Position numbers and translations under genes: made by a program
The notes under the pieces: model-generated
Told to the model about the DNA's origin: nothing
Database searches by the model: none
The model's input: the letters and a program-made list of their open reading frames with translations, nothing else
Origin: Enterococcus phage VRE9_4
Sequence record: PP680570.1
Strand: one strand, 5' to 3'
Length of the DNA: 64,000 nt
Part shown: one piece after another, positions 36,360-45,636 of the stretch
Position numbering within the stretch: position 1 is the stretch's first letter
Layout: each line of letters opens with the position of its first letter

Positions 36360-36614
36360 ATGGCTATTAGAAAAGATTATAATTGGCTTTCTAGTGAATC
36401 TAATAAGAAAGCACTAGAAGAAAAACTTTCTTTCTTCAAAGAAAAAACTGGTCTTGATATAAAACATTATTACGACAAAGGAAATTTTTGTTCTGGTTTT
36501 GCTCATGACCATGTAGTGATAGAAGCAAATAAGCAGATTTTTGCTATTTCAGACGATAAAACTATTTACATTAATAGGAATAATCATTGGGAGGTCTTTA
36601 AATATGAAAGTTAG
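36360..36614 (+). CDS. hypothetical protein (84 aa)
   Basis: AAAGGAGGGG SD. Confidence 0.5.
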   Translation: MAIRKDYNWLSSESNKKALEEKLSFFKEKTGLDIKHYYDKGNFCSGFAHDHVVIEANKQIFAISDDKTIYINRNNHWEVFKYES

Positions 36615-36951
36615 TTTAGAATTAAATAACGTGGAACCAGGATTACTTGATTCAATTGTAAGATTAGTAGGAGATAATCAAGTAAAATTTGATATGACAG
36701 AAGAAGTAGAAGCCTCCTTAGAAGAAATTATTTTAGATCCATCTTATTTATATCAAATTAATGGAGAATACCATTCTATTGTAGATATTGAACAAGATGC
36801 TCAGATTGTTATTTTTTCTGATGTATATGCAAACATTCGTACATTTTTCTTGGATACTTTGCAATTTTATAATATTAAAAGAATGGCAGACCCAAGTTTA
36901 TTAGATAAGTTTTTAGAAAAACAAATTGAGCTTGATGGGGGACTAGAATGA
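36604..36951 (+). CDS. hypothetical acidic protein (115 aa)
   Basis: start set at ATG 36604 behind GGGAGG (track ORF longer). Confidence 0.5.
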   Translation: MKVSLELNNVEPGLLDSIVRLVGDNQVKFDMTEEVEASLEEIILDPSYLYQINGEYHSIVDIEQDAQIVIFSDVYANIRTFFLDTLQFYNIKRMADPSLLDKFLEKQIELDGGLE

Positions 36952-37211
36952 AAGTAATTACAGACCCAGTAAGTTCAACGCCGTATATAGTTTTGAAAGA
37001 AAATCCCAATATTCTTGCTCTCTTGGTTTTTAACAAAAATGTTTTTAGTGATTTGGATATTGTATATTTAGAGCCTGAAAAAGTTAAACATTTTCATGAA
37101 GTAGAATTAAATGATTTTTTTATAGAAATTATGAAATTTACTCGAGAACGAGAAGGTAAAATAGTAAAAAGTATTGAATCATATAGAATTTTGCCAAAGG
37201 AGGATAATTAA
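36948..37211 (+). CDS. hypothetical protein (87 aa)
   Basis: ATGA coupling. Confidence 0.5.
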   Translation: MKVITDPVSSTPYIVLKENPNILALLVFNKNVFSDLDIVYLEPEKVKHFHEVELNDFFIEIMKFTREREGKIVKSIESYRILPKEDN

Positions 37212-37212
37212 T

Positions 37213-37464
37213 TTGAGAGAATATCTTGATTTTATTATGTATAAGATTAATCATCTAATTGGACCAATTTTAATTGGAGGAATAGCTTTTGTTGCATTAA
37301 TTGCTCTTGCTTGTCCGCAAATAGCTTCTGTTACTATATTTGGATATGCCTTAGTATTTTTAGTAGGATTGATAATTTCAGTTTTAGGAGTAGCTTTAAC
37401 CAATACAATATATTTTCTTGTCGTAAAACAAGAACGAAAGAAAGAAAAGAGGCGAGAAAAATAA
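37213..37464 (+). CDS. small membrane protein (2 TM)
   Basis: TTG 37213 behind AAGGAGG; LIGPILIGGIAFVALIALACPQIASVTIFGYALVFLVGLIISVLGVAL. Confidence 0.45.
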   Translation: MREYLDFIMYKINHLIGPILIGGIAFVALIALACPQIASVTIFGYALVFLVGLIISVLGVALTNTIYFLVVKQERKKEKRREK

Positions 37465-37673
37465 TGAGAGATTTAGATTTGGAAAGCCTAGAAGAACATA
37501 AACCCCCACGGACAATTACAATTCCTGATGGGATTAATATTAAACTTGATTACTTTAAAAGGCAGAATGAGGATAAAAAACCAGTCACACTATCAAAAAA
37601 TCCAGGATTGAGCGAATTAGAAAAAATGTTTACAGATCCTAATACAAAAATTTATGGATGGAAAAAAGACTAG
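37464..37673 (+). CDS. hypothetical protein (69 aa)
   Basis: ATG overlapping previous stop. Confidence 0.4.
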   Translation: MRDLDLESLEEHKPPRTITIPDGINIKLDYFKRQNEDKKPVTLSKNPGLSELEKMFTDPNTKIYGWKKD

Positions 37674-37693
37674 AAAAATCTAGTCTTTTTTAT
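37664..37693. terminator. bidirectional terminator AAGACTAG-AAAAAT-CTAGTCTT flanked by A-run/T-run
   Basis: between convergent genes 37464..37673(+) and 37680..38375(-). Confidence 0.7.
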
Positions 37694-38375
37694 TTTGCCA
37701 ATATTCTTTTATACCTACATTAATTTCTTCTTCATCAGGAATGTAGATATCCCCAAAAACTTCTTCAATAGTTGGAAAATTACTTCTAATAATTTCATCT
37801 TTGACTTCAATTACAGCATATACTTTATATTCTCCAAATTTACCTTTTTTCTTTTGACACGCTAATTTAACTAAACCCAATTTATCTAGTAAATCTAAAA
37901 TAGAGTCCATAGCGTCATAAGCTGAACCTGAAGATTTTTTGCCCAATATTTCAGTAATTAAATAACGTTTAGTAAAGAAGAAAATTTTATTCTTATCTTG
38001 ATAGTACCATTGCATTGCTCGAAGAAAAGAATATATTGTGATAACATTATCTGTTTGTATTTGATATAGATATTTAAGTGTTTCTGGATGAATAGTAGTA
38101 AATAAATGTTTTATAGGAAGCTTCATTTTATCATTTTCTTCCAAAATAAAACCATATTCTTTTAACTTATTAATTTGACGATTTATGGTTCGACTTGATA
38201 CACACAATTCGTTCGCAGCCTCTTGACTAGAAAAGTCTTTTTTATTAATATATCTTGGCTCTCCCTTTTTCCCATTCCATTTAGAAATTACTTGTAAATA
38301 CCCATATAATCTATCAATATTTCTTAAACTTGTAAAATCTTGTGTCGTTGGAATTTGATTTTTATGATTGTTCAA
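37680..38375 (-). CDS. HTH DNA-binding protein (231 aa), only antisense gene inside the 30-kb plus-strand block
   Basis: SQEAANELCVSSRTINRQINKLKEYGFIL helix-turn-helix; TTG start behind AAGGAGG. Confidence 0.65.
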   Translation of the reverse strand: MNNHKNQIPTTQDFTSLRNIDRLYGYLQVISKWNGKKGEPRYINKKDFSSQEAANELCVSSRTINRQINKLKEYGFILEENDKMKLPIKHLFTTIHPETLKYLYQIQTDNVITIYSFLRAMQWYYQDKNKIFFFTKRYLITEILGKKSSGSAYDAMDSILDLLDKLGLVKLACQKKKGKFGEYKVYAVIEVKDEIIRSNFPTIEEVFGDIYIPDEEEINVGIKEYWQNKKD

Positions 38376-38439
38376 ACTTTCTGACCTCCTTTCTACTGAA
38401 ATACAAAAAAATTAGGACAGTTTGTCTTGAGATACCCAT

Positions 38440-38492
38440 TTGATTTTTTATATATAGCATGATATAATTAATTATAAAGTTAAATAAGGAGG
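38440..38492 (+). promoter_or_regulatory. conserved promoter/leader cassette copy 4
   Basis: TTGATT-N14-TGATATAATTAATTATAAAGTTAAATAAGGAGG. Confidence 0.75.
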
Positions 38493-38503
38493 GCAAACAG
38501 TAA

Positions 38504-39058
38504 ATGATATTTTTTATTATAGTATTTGCTGCAATATTTGTCAATATGTATCGGCGTGGACGAAAAGTAATTGATGAAGAAGATCAGGGCGTAACCTTTC
38601 TATTTTCTGTCGCTATTGGGAGTATATTTCAAGCTACTGCTATTTCTTTAATAGCTATATTTTTAACATTAAGCTATTATAAAATAACTAATAGTTATGA
38701 ATTATCTATGGTAGTTACCCCATTGGCATATATTAATTCAGAGCAAGACTATATTGTTCATAAAGATGGTGAATCAGATGAAGTTGATTTTTATACTTTT
38801 GCTACATTAGATGTAGATGGGAATACAAAATTATATAAAAACATACAAATGAATGAAAATACTGATGTTGTTATAGATAATAAAACAAAAAGACCTAGAT
38901 TAGAAAGAGCAGTGGGTTTAATCCCAACAACCCCATGGACATATATTATAAGTTTAAATCGCAAAGAAGCTACTACTATTGGTTATAAATTAATAGTACC
39001 AGAAGGAACTGTTATAGAAATACATGAACAGGAGGAATTAGATGCGGGTGGAAAATAA
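38504..39058 (+). CDS. membrane protein (184 aa, 2 N-terminal TM)
   Basis: hydrophobic N-terminus. Confidence 0.5.
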   Translation: MIFFIIVFAAIFVNMYRRGRKVIDEEDQGVTFLFSVAIGSIFQATAISLIAIFLTLSYYKITNSYELSMVVTPLAYINSEQDYIVHKDGESDEVDFYTFATLDVDGNTKLYKNIQMNENTDVVIDNKTKRPRLERAVGLIPTTPWTYIISLNRKEATTIGYKLIVPEGTVIEIHEQEELDAGGK

Positions 39059-39242
39059 GGCAATTAAAGAACTAATTAAAGAAATGGATCAATCATTTGA
39101 AGAGTTTGAAAAGAATATGAGTTATACTTTATCTGCAACGCCTCTTATTCAAGAAATTAAAGAAGCAATGGATCAGCAAAAAGAAACCCAAAAGAGCAAG
39201 AAAAGGAGCTGGCGTGATTGGTTAAAGAAATTGTGGCATTAA
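39042..39242 (+). CDS. hypothetical protein (66 aa)
   Basis: ORF. Confidence 0.4.
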   Translation: MRVENKAIKELIKEMDQSFEEFEKNMSYTLSATPLIQEIKEAMDQQKETQKSKKRSWRDWLKKLWH

Positions 39243-39433
39243 TTACTGTTTTGTTTTTAGGTATTATTGGTGGTTTTATTATTTTGTTTAGCATAGTTGG
39301 GACGCTTATATTAGTACCGACCAATGTTATTGGAATGGTCATTGTTATTATTGTTGGACTAGCTATGAGTAAATTATATTCAATTGCAGTTCAAAAAATT
39401 ATGCCTTATATAAGTGATAAATTAATCAACTAA
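39218..39433 (+). CDS. small membrane protein
   Basis: ALITVLFLGIIGGFIILFSIVGTLILVP. Confidence 0.45.
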   Translation: MVKEIVALITVLFLGIIGGFIILFSIVGTLILVPTNVIGMVIVIIVGLAMSKLYSIAVQKIMPYISDKLIN

Positions 39434-39462
39434 GAGTGATTCTTAGTTGATTTTTCTTTTTT
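39427..39462 (+). terminator. terminator CAACTAAGA-GTGAT-TCTTAGTTG + T-run
   Basis: 9-bp stem. Confidence 0.65.
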
Positions 39463-39475
39463 AAAATGATATAAT
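39447..39475 (+). promoter_or_regulatory. promoter TTGATT-N14-TGATATAAT
   Basis: rigid architecture. Confidence 0.55.
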
Positions 39476-39508
39476 TAATATATAAGGAAATGAAATGGAG
39501 AAAAGAAA

Positions 39509-40015
39509 ATGAATTTTTTAGATTTTATTTTTAAAAAATTAAACCCTAAAGAAGCACAAACTAAAAATATTTCTTTAAATAAAAAAGGTAGAGATTTAAT
39601 AGTTAAATTATATACCGAAACAGAGAATGAAAATGATATTACGTTTAGAAAAATATTTCATTATGAAATAAGTTTATTAGAACATGGTTTAGAAATTTCT
39701 AAAATAGAAGAAACTTTTACTTATTTTCGATTAGAATCAGAAGAAGATGAAAATAAAGCTGTTCGAGCTATTGCTTCGGGTTATTTTTATCCAGGAGTTT
39801 TCATAGGAAATCAAGGAGACAATCCTTATATTAAAAATAAATTAAAAGAATTAGCTTACGAAAATGAACGATTAAAAAGATTTCATTGGGCTTTATATAA
39901 TACAGAAATTTCTGGAATTCTTGATATTGAACTTGAAAAGAAATTTAAAGATATTGATGACCCAGATAATCAAAATATAGATTCTATTGGATTTTTGTTT
40001 TGGAATAATAAATAG
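39509..40015 (+). CDS. hypothetical protein (168 aa)
   Basis: ORF. Confidence 0.5.
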   Translation: MNFLDFIFKKLNPKEAQTKNISLNKKGRDLIVKLYTETENENDITFRKIFHYEISLLEHGLEISKIEETFTYFRLESEEDENKAVRAIASGYFYPGVFIGNQGDNPYIKNKLKELAYENERLKRFHWALYNTEISGILDIELEKKFKDIDDPDNQNIDSIGFLFWNNK

Positions 40016-40161
40016 AAAAGGTGATAGTCTTATGTTGTTAAATATATTTTGCACGATAGGATTGATATTTTGTGGGTATATTTATATTATGTTTACAATC
40101 GAAGAATTTCTTAAAAGAATACGAAAACGACCATATCGTAGAAAGTGAGCTGATTCTATAA

Positions 40162-40362
40162 GTGATAGAATTTCTATTATTAATCTTTATTGCTATTATC
40201 GCCCCGATATTTCTTTTAATATCTTTGCTTCCTCTTGGAATAGCATTTATTTTAATGAATTTAGTACATTTCTTTATTTTAAAAGTAATAATGTTAGGAG
40301 TAGGTTTTTATTTAACAATAAAGTTAGGAAATTTAATGGGAATGATTTTATTTATAGGATAG
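40162..40362 (+). CDS. small membrane protein (66 aa)
   Basis: entirely hydrophobic. Confidence 0.4.
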   Translation: MIEFLLLIFIAIIAPIFLLISLLPLGIAFILMNLVHFFILKVIMLGVGFYLTIKLGNLMGMILFIG

Positions 40363-40520
40363 AAAGGAATTTAAATAATGGTAGAAGAATTAAGAAAAGA
40401 TTTAGATAGTCTAATAAAAGACTATGAAGAAGAAATTGGATCTTCTTATTTTATTGAAGTTAAAATTTCAATAATTGATAAAGATTTTTACATGAAATTA
40501 ATAAAGGAGGAAAAATAAAA

Positions 40521-40853
40521 ATGTTAATGATTAGTGGTTCAAGAGGCAGTGGAAAAACTTTTAGTGCTTTATTATATGCTAGTAAAATGGCTTATCCTTT
40601 GGTGGTTAGAGATAAACGAATGGTTAAATATGTAAGAACCTTAGCAAATGCAACGAATATTCCTTTAACTAAGGAACCAATTACCTTTAAAGAATATGCT
40701 AAAATTTGTAAAAGAGAATTTGGTGAATCTAATGATGAGTTAGAATTTGGTTATGTAGTTGATGAACTTCAAGATTTTGAGCAATCTTTTTCTGAAGTTG
40801 AATTATTTAATTGTCGAGCCTATACATGTACTTTAGTAGAGAGTTTTTTTTAA
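40521..40853 (+). CDS. small P-loop protein (110 aa)
   Basis: Walker A GSRGSGKT. Confidence 0.45.
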   Translation: MLMISGSRGSGKTFSALLYASKMAYPLVVRDKRMVKYVRTLANATNIPLTKEPITFKEYAKICKREFGESNDELEFGYVVDELQDFEQSFSEVELFNCRAYTCTLVESFF

Positions 40854-40877
40854 AAATGAAAAATGAGGGAGATAAAA

Positions 40878-41072
40878 ATGACAATTGATCAGATAATTAA
40901 ACAATTAGAATCTCTGCCAGAGGACGAAAAGAAATTAAAGTTATATGTTTGTGATATAAATGGAGACAATTATGAGATTGATTCTATTTCTCTATACGAC
41001 GAAGAAGCTAAGCATAGTCCTACTAATCCTCTTGGTTTTAATTATTCAATCAAAAGAGGTACTGAAAAATGA
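40878..41072 (+). CDS. hypothetical protein (64 aa)
   Basis: ATG 40878 behind GAGGGAG. Confidence 0.45.
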   Translation: MTIDQIIKQLESLPEDEKKLKLYVCDINGDNYEIDSISLYDEEAKHSPTNPLGFNYSIKRGTEK

Positions 41073-41329
41073 AATATGTAGCAATTTTTATGCCAGATTT
41101 GCTTTACATGGATGATAAGATAGGGGACTTCCATTTCATCTGGAATCCCCAGACAAGAATGTTTCACCAGCGTAGTGATTCTGATACAACTTATCCACCA
41201 CTTGTTATTCTTGAAGGTTCTGATTGGTTGTTGTTCTTAGTTGATGGACGTGATGGTTGGGGAGAAATTAAAAAAGCGTCCAAAACTCAATTTATAATTT
41301 CACAAATTGCTATGGAGGATCAGCTATGA
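41069..41329 (+). CDS. hypothetical protein (86 aa)
   Basis: ATGA coupling. Confidence 0.5.
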   Translation: MKYVAIFMPDLLYMDDKIGDFHFIWNPQTRMFHQRSDSDTTYPPLVILEGSDWLLFLVDGRDGWGEIKKASKTQFIISQIAMEDQL

Positions 41330-41538
41330 ACGTAAACTTAAAAGCATTTTTAATTACCGCTGGACTAGTTTTGCTTGCAGCATTTTCATTTCTTTTTATA
41401 GTTCAGAATATGGCATTAGCCGGTAATTTATTTATAATTGCTTGTTTGGTTGGCGCTGTTTATGTTTTATTTGGTATTGTAAAAGAAATATTAATATACA
41501 AAGAAAATAATAAAAATAAAAAGGATGATGAAAAATGA
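41326..41538 (+). CDS. small membrane protein (70 aa)
   Basis: 2 TM. Confidence 0.5.
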   Translation: MNVNLKAFLITAGLVLLAAFSFLFIVQNMALAGNLFIIACLVGAVYVLFGIVKEILIYKENNKNKKDDEK

Positions 41539-42137
41539 ACGATTTTCTAAGTATAGGTTCAAAAGTTATCATTACTGTGGAGGGAATGTTCAAGAACGAA
41601 ATAGGAACTGTTGAACAGATTTACTTTGATGATTTAAGTGCTAGTGTTTTCTTAGATTCTTATGGAGCGCCAGAGATCTTTAGTTTTTCTTGTTTACGTC
41701 TTATCAATGATGATCGCTTACCTAGCGTAGAAGAAATGGTTAAAGAAGCCAAAGAAGTTCTTGCAATTGATAAATTTGAAATTGGTGGCAAGGTTGAGAT
41801 TCTTACTGGAGAATTTACTGGTTCTATTGGAACAGTTAAATGTATTAATCAAGATAAGAACTCTGTCGATATTGTACTTCCAATTAGCACCACCTATTCT
41901 AAAACTCTTGATTTTAAACCAGATGAATTAGCTGTAGTTTATACTAAAGATAGTTTACCAATTAATGTCCTCAAGATCTCCGAACTTGAAGAAGTTCTTC
42001 GCTTGAAAAAGGATATTCAAACCAAGAAAATTTTGCGAAAATCCACAATGAACAAGCTGAAAAATTCAAAAAACAACTTGAAGAATTTTACATCAAGCTT
42101 CAAGATAAGTATGGGGGCCCACGGCAATGAAAACTAA
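41535..42137 (+). CDS. protein with two KOW-like motifs (200 aa)
   Basis: GSKVIITVEGMFKNEIGTVEQI and GGKVEILTGEFTGSIGTVKCI resemble NusG/L24 KOW GxxVxIxxGxFxGxxGxV. Confidence 0.45.
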   Translation: MNDFLSIGSKVIITVEGMFKNEIGTVEQIYFDDLSASVFLDSYGAPEIFSFSCLRLINDDRLPSVEEMVKEAKEVLAIDKFEIGGKVEILTGEFTGSIGTVKCINQDKNSVDIVLPISTTYSKTLDFKPDELAVVYTKDSLPINVLKISELEEVLRLKKDIQTKKILRKSTMNKLKNSKNNLKNFTSSFKISMGAHGNEN

Positions 42138-42414
42138 AGTAATTGCCATTTGCGCCACCATATTAGTAATACTTACTCTCTTGGGTTTATTATTTCTTCC
42201 AACACTTATAGGAATATATCCAATCTTAGGAGATTATATTTTTTGGACAGTTATGACTATGGCTAGTATATCTCTGATTGTTCTGATATACCAAGAAATA
42301 TTATATAGATTAAACAAGCGTAAGAAAGAAAAAGAATTTGAAAAACTTCAACAGTATCTTTATAGCGATAAATCTGAAAAACCAAAGGTTAAAGGAATTG
42401 TATTCCATAAGTGA
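42127..42414 (+). CDS. small membrane protein (95 aa)
   Basis: 2 TM then basic tail. Confidence 0.5.
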   Translation: MKTKVIAICATILVILTLLGLLFLPTLIGIYPILGDYIFWTVMTMASISLIVLIYQEILYRLNKRKKEKEFEKLQQYLYSDKSEKPKVKGIVFHK

Positions 42415-42477
42415 GGACATATTTCTCGCACATGAAAGTACTTTTGCCGACATATTTCGCGACTAAGTAATATATAG

Positions 42478-42541
42478 CGTTCCCTTCGGGAACGTAAATA
42501 ATAGCCTTATATTTTACTCACTTCGTTCGTAAAATATAAGG
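42478..42541 (+). other. structured non-coding element: CGTTCC(C)-TTCG-GGAACG hairpin plus 13-bp perfect stem CCTTATATTTTAC/GTAAAATATAAGG
   Basis: seen directly; could be terminator complex or sRNA. Confidence 0.5.
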
Positions 42542-42573
42542 TACTGGGCGGCTTCGTACGTGGTGATTTTTAT

Positions 42574-42626
42574 TTGAAATTTTTAGTTTTGCGTGTTATA
42601 ATTAATTATAAAGTTAAATAAGGGGT
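42574..42626 (+). promoter_or_regulatory. conserved promoter/leader cassette copy 5 (TGTTATAAT variant, SD GGGG)
   Basis: TTGAAA-N14-TGTTATAATTAATTATAAAGTTAAATAAGGGG. Confidence 0.7.
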
Positions 42627-42979
42627 TGAAAGTGTTGAGGAAATATTTCATTGATTCACTATTAAGCGATGCGCCACGAGTTCGTGGTAGAAAAAGAATT
42701 ATTTTTTATGTTGATGATGATAGTGCATTGGAAGAAGATTTATTGGAAGCCTTACAAGAATCTAAATTCGATGTTAAATGGCAATCTGGTGCTTCTCCAA
42801 CACTTTTTAGTGCTATTGAAATGAATGGATCAGTTGCGATTCTTTGTACTGAAAGAGAATCAATGGATAACTTTGTATTAACTTTTTGTGATTTAGATTC
42901 TGCTTTTTCTTGTGACCATGAAGAAGTCTCTCGTAAACTTAAATATAGGCTTTTTGCTAGGGCTTGGAGGGGTAGATAA
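42626..42979 (+). CDS. hypothetical protein (117 aa)
   Basis: TTG/GTG start. Confidence 0.45.
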   Translation: MKVLRKYFIDSLLSDAPRVRGRKRIIFYVDDDSALEEDLLEALQESKFDVKWQSGASPTLFSAIEMNGSVAILCTERESMDNFVLTFCDLDSAFSCDHEEVSRKLKYRLFARAWRGR

Positions 42980-42980
42980 T

Positions 42981-43298
42981 ATGAGTATGTTACAATATTA
43001 TTTATCGAATTTATTAAGACAATGCCGAAAAGATGGTATTTTTTATATACAATTTGATGTAAGTAATAATAGAAATGTAATGAAGAAACTATTATCTTCA
43101 CTTGCGTCAATGGAAGGTTATAATATTATTTGGGGTGGTTCAGGATTTTCTCTTACAAACTACTGTCCTGAGATTGCTCAAACGATTGTTCTAGTTAAAG
43201 AGCAGACTGTATTTACAACTTGTCTTATTAGTCCTGAAGACGATCATTCTGTATATATTCCATTTCATTTAATAAGTAAAGTATTGGAGGAAGGATAA
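42981..43298 (+). CDS. hypothetical protein (105 aa)
   Basis: ATG 42981 behind GGAGGGG. Confidence 0.5.
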   Translation: MSMLQYYLSNLLRQCRKDGIFYIQFDVSNNRNVMKKLLSSLASMEGYNIIWGGSGFSLTNYCPEIAQTIVLVKEQTVFTTCLISPEDDHSVYIPFHLISKVLEEG

Positions 43299-43540
43299 TG
43301 GCAATTAAGATAGTAGGACCCATTAAAGAATTAACGGAAGGGGAAGATCGTATAGGTTGGATCTCTCCTGCAATGGATGTTTTTAAGGGTGAGATTTTTC
43401 AAAAAGGCGATTTTGAGAAAACAAAGGCTTGGAGGATTAATATAGAGACATACATTCCTAGGGCTAGTGGCTTTTCTTTTGCAAAAAGATGGGTCTTGAA
43501 CACAGAAGATATTAGGTCTGATTGGTTCAAACACGAGTAA
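43298..43540 (+). CDS. hypothetical protein (80 aa)
   Basis: TAATG coupling. Confidence 0.5.
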   Translation: MAIKIVGPIKELTEGEDRIGWISPAMDVFKGEIFQKGDFEKTKAWRINIETYIPRASGFSFAKRWVLNTEDIRSDWFKHE

Positions 43541-43854
43541 AATCCTCCGTCTTGGTAAAAAAATGAAGAAAAATAAAAAAGAAAAAATCCGTGTGATAGA
43601 CGGTTAAGACGCACAAAACCTAGCCTAGAGGACACATTAGACGGGAAAATATACGAAAAACTATTCAAGAGCGTCGGAAATTAGCGAAAATCCTCGAAAA
43701 TCTTTAATCTTGAAATAAAAACCCTCAATGTTGAGATAAAGATTATTGAAAACCCTCAATGTTGTGTGGCACCCTCCAGTCACAGTTTAACGCAAGGCTG
43801 GCCCCGTCCTCCCTTACAGCAAACACGACAATACGCGACAAACCTAGAAAGGAT

Positions 43855-44239
43855 GATTTATTTGAATAAACAGCTTAAAATGGCAGTAATCAATGAATAT
43901 AAAATGGTATGCTACTATGACGATGGCTCTAGTGAGACTCACTACTCTGGCGAATGGAATGTAGACCAGATGAGGCTCCATGCAATTAAACAGGGCGCCG
44001 CCTTCGTATATGCAATATCAGTCCCTAATGGACACATAGTAGAATATTATGTTAATGATAAGCCAAAAGTGCAAAGCATATCTACGAGCGAGCTATTTAA
44101 ATTTGGTATCGACAACACTGGGCTGGCCCAGCCCCACAACCCATGGAAAGAAGACAAGGGCATATCTATGAGCGAGCTCACAGAAACTGACAGTCCCTAC
44201 TGGTGGCCCCAAACAAAGAGCAACGGCCCCACTCAATAA
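43855..44239 (+). CDS. hypothetical protein in GC-elevated island (128 aa)
   Basis: ATG 43855 behind AAAGGA; local GC ~45-50% vs ~30% background. Confidence 0.45.
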
Positions 44240-44269
44240 ATCCCATTCTTCTCTCTTGGGTGACAACGT

Positions 44270-44298
44270 TTGAAAAATTATATTCATAATGATATAAT
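44270..44298 (+). promoter_or_regulatory. promoter TTGAAA-N14-TGATATAAT
   Basis: rigid architecture. Confidence 0.55.
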
Positions 44299-44437
44299 TA
44301 ATATATAAATGAGATATGAAAAATAAATAAAAAACATAGGGGGTGGATATGTCCCCCTAGTTTACTCCCCCAGTTTCGGGAGGAGCATTTAGGATTTTCA
44401 ATTTTCGTTTTTCAATTTTGAAAGGGGATTTTAGATT

Positions 44438-45607
44438 ATGAAATTATCACGACTAACTCAAGAAGATGTTATTAAAATTATAGAAGGCACTCCAAGAGCA
44501 CAATTATTTCAAAAACAAAAATCTGGAGAAGGGTTCACATTAGGATTCATTCTTAATAGATTGGCTCGTAGTATGGTAGTAGCAGAAGATGGAGAAGAGT
44601 TTTCTACTTACCAAACTAATGGAGAAGATTTTTTAATTGGAGAGCGCTATAATGGAGCTACTAGTTTCTATGTTATGGCTGAAAAAGATGTTGACGGACA
44701 TGACATCAATATTAGTCAATCTGATAGTATCTCTAATTTAATCTTGTATCCCCAAATTTATACTCGTGAAGAAGCTAAGGTAATTGGAATGCGCCTGCGT
44801 AATACAATTAATGAATTATTAACTTATAGCTCTAACCTTACAGTAGAAACGAAAGTAGATCCATATGCAATTATTCAAAAAGGATTATTAAACTATCTAA
44901 TGCCTAAAGAAAGTAGAGTTATTCCAGGCGCCTATGAATACATGTACAATAATTTAACAGATAAAAAGATTGGAGATATCGTTAGTCCTTTCTATCTATC
45001 TGAAGAAGTACGTGCAGGAGCTCCATTCTCTGTTAAGAAATCATTAGAAAAGATTGACCCTGAACTTGAAATTAAGAATCATGTTGGCTTATATGCAATC
45101 TGGTCATGGTCTCAACTATTTACTTCTATTGAGGAAACTGGTTGGGAAGGCTCATCTACATTAGATGACCTAGGTATTGATCGAAGCTTTATCCAAAAAA
45201 CACTTGAAAAATTTGATGAAGATATTAAAAAACATATTGTAGAGATGCAATACGTATATACTTCACGCAAATATGTGAGCGAAGACCATATACGCGATCA
45301 TCTGGCTAACCTTCAAGTCCCTACAAAGATGGGTCCACTTGAGTATGGAATGGTAGCTAACTTTAGTGGTACTACAGGAGTTTATAATTTAGTATCTATT
45401 CTAGGCAAACATACACTCTCTAACCCTCGCCACATGAGAGGATTCCTTCAACCTGCAACTTATGAAGAAGCAATTGATGATCTAACTATTGGAAATATTA
45501 TTTCAACTGAACCTTATGGACAAAACAAAGTTGTCTTTGACAGAGCAAGTAGTAGTGTGTCTCGTCATATCTTAAACAGCTTAAGCTATACTGAAGAAGA
45601 AGAATAA
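44438..45607 (+). CDS. hypothetical protein (389 aa)
   Basis: AAAGGGGA SD. Confidence 0.6.
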   Translation: MKLSRLTQEDVIKIIEGTPRAQLFQKQKSGEGFTLGFILNRLARSMVVAEDGEEFSTYQTNGEDFLIGERYNGATSFYVMAEKDVDGHDINISQSDSISNLILYPQIYTREEAKVIGMRLRNTINELLTYSSNLTVETKVDPYAIIQKGLLNYLMPKESRVIPGAYEYMYNNLTDKKIGDIVSPFYLSEEVRAGAPFSVKKSLEKIDPELEIKNHVGLYAIWSWSQLFTSIEETGWEGSSTLDDLGIDRSFIQKTLEKFDEDIKKHIVEMQYVYTSRKYVSEDHIRDHLANLQVPTKMGPLEYGMVANFSGTTGVYNLVSILGKHTLSNPRHMRGFLQPATYEEAIDDLTIGNIISTEPYGQNKVVFDRASSSVSRHILNSLSYTEEEE

Positions 45608-45609
45608 AG

Positions 45610-45636
45610 GTAAGGACCCCTTGTGGGTCTTTTTTT
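45610..45636 (+). terminator. terminator GGACCC-CTTGT-GGGTCT + T7
   Basis: last plus-strand gene of block. Confidence 0.7.
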
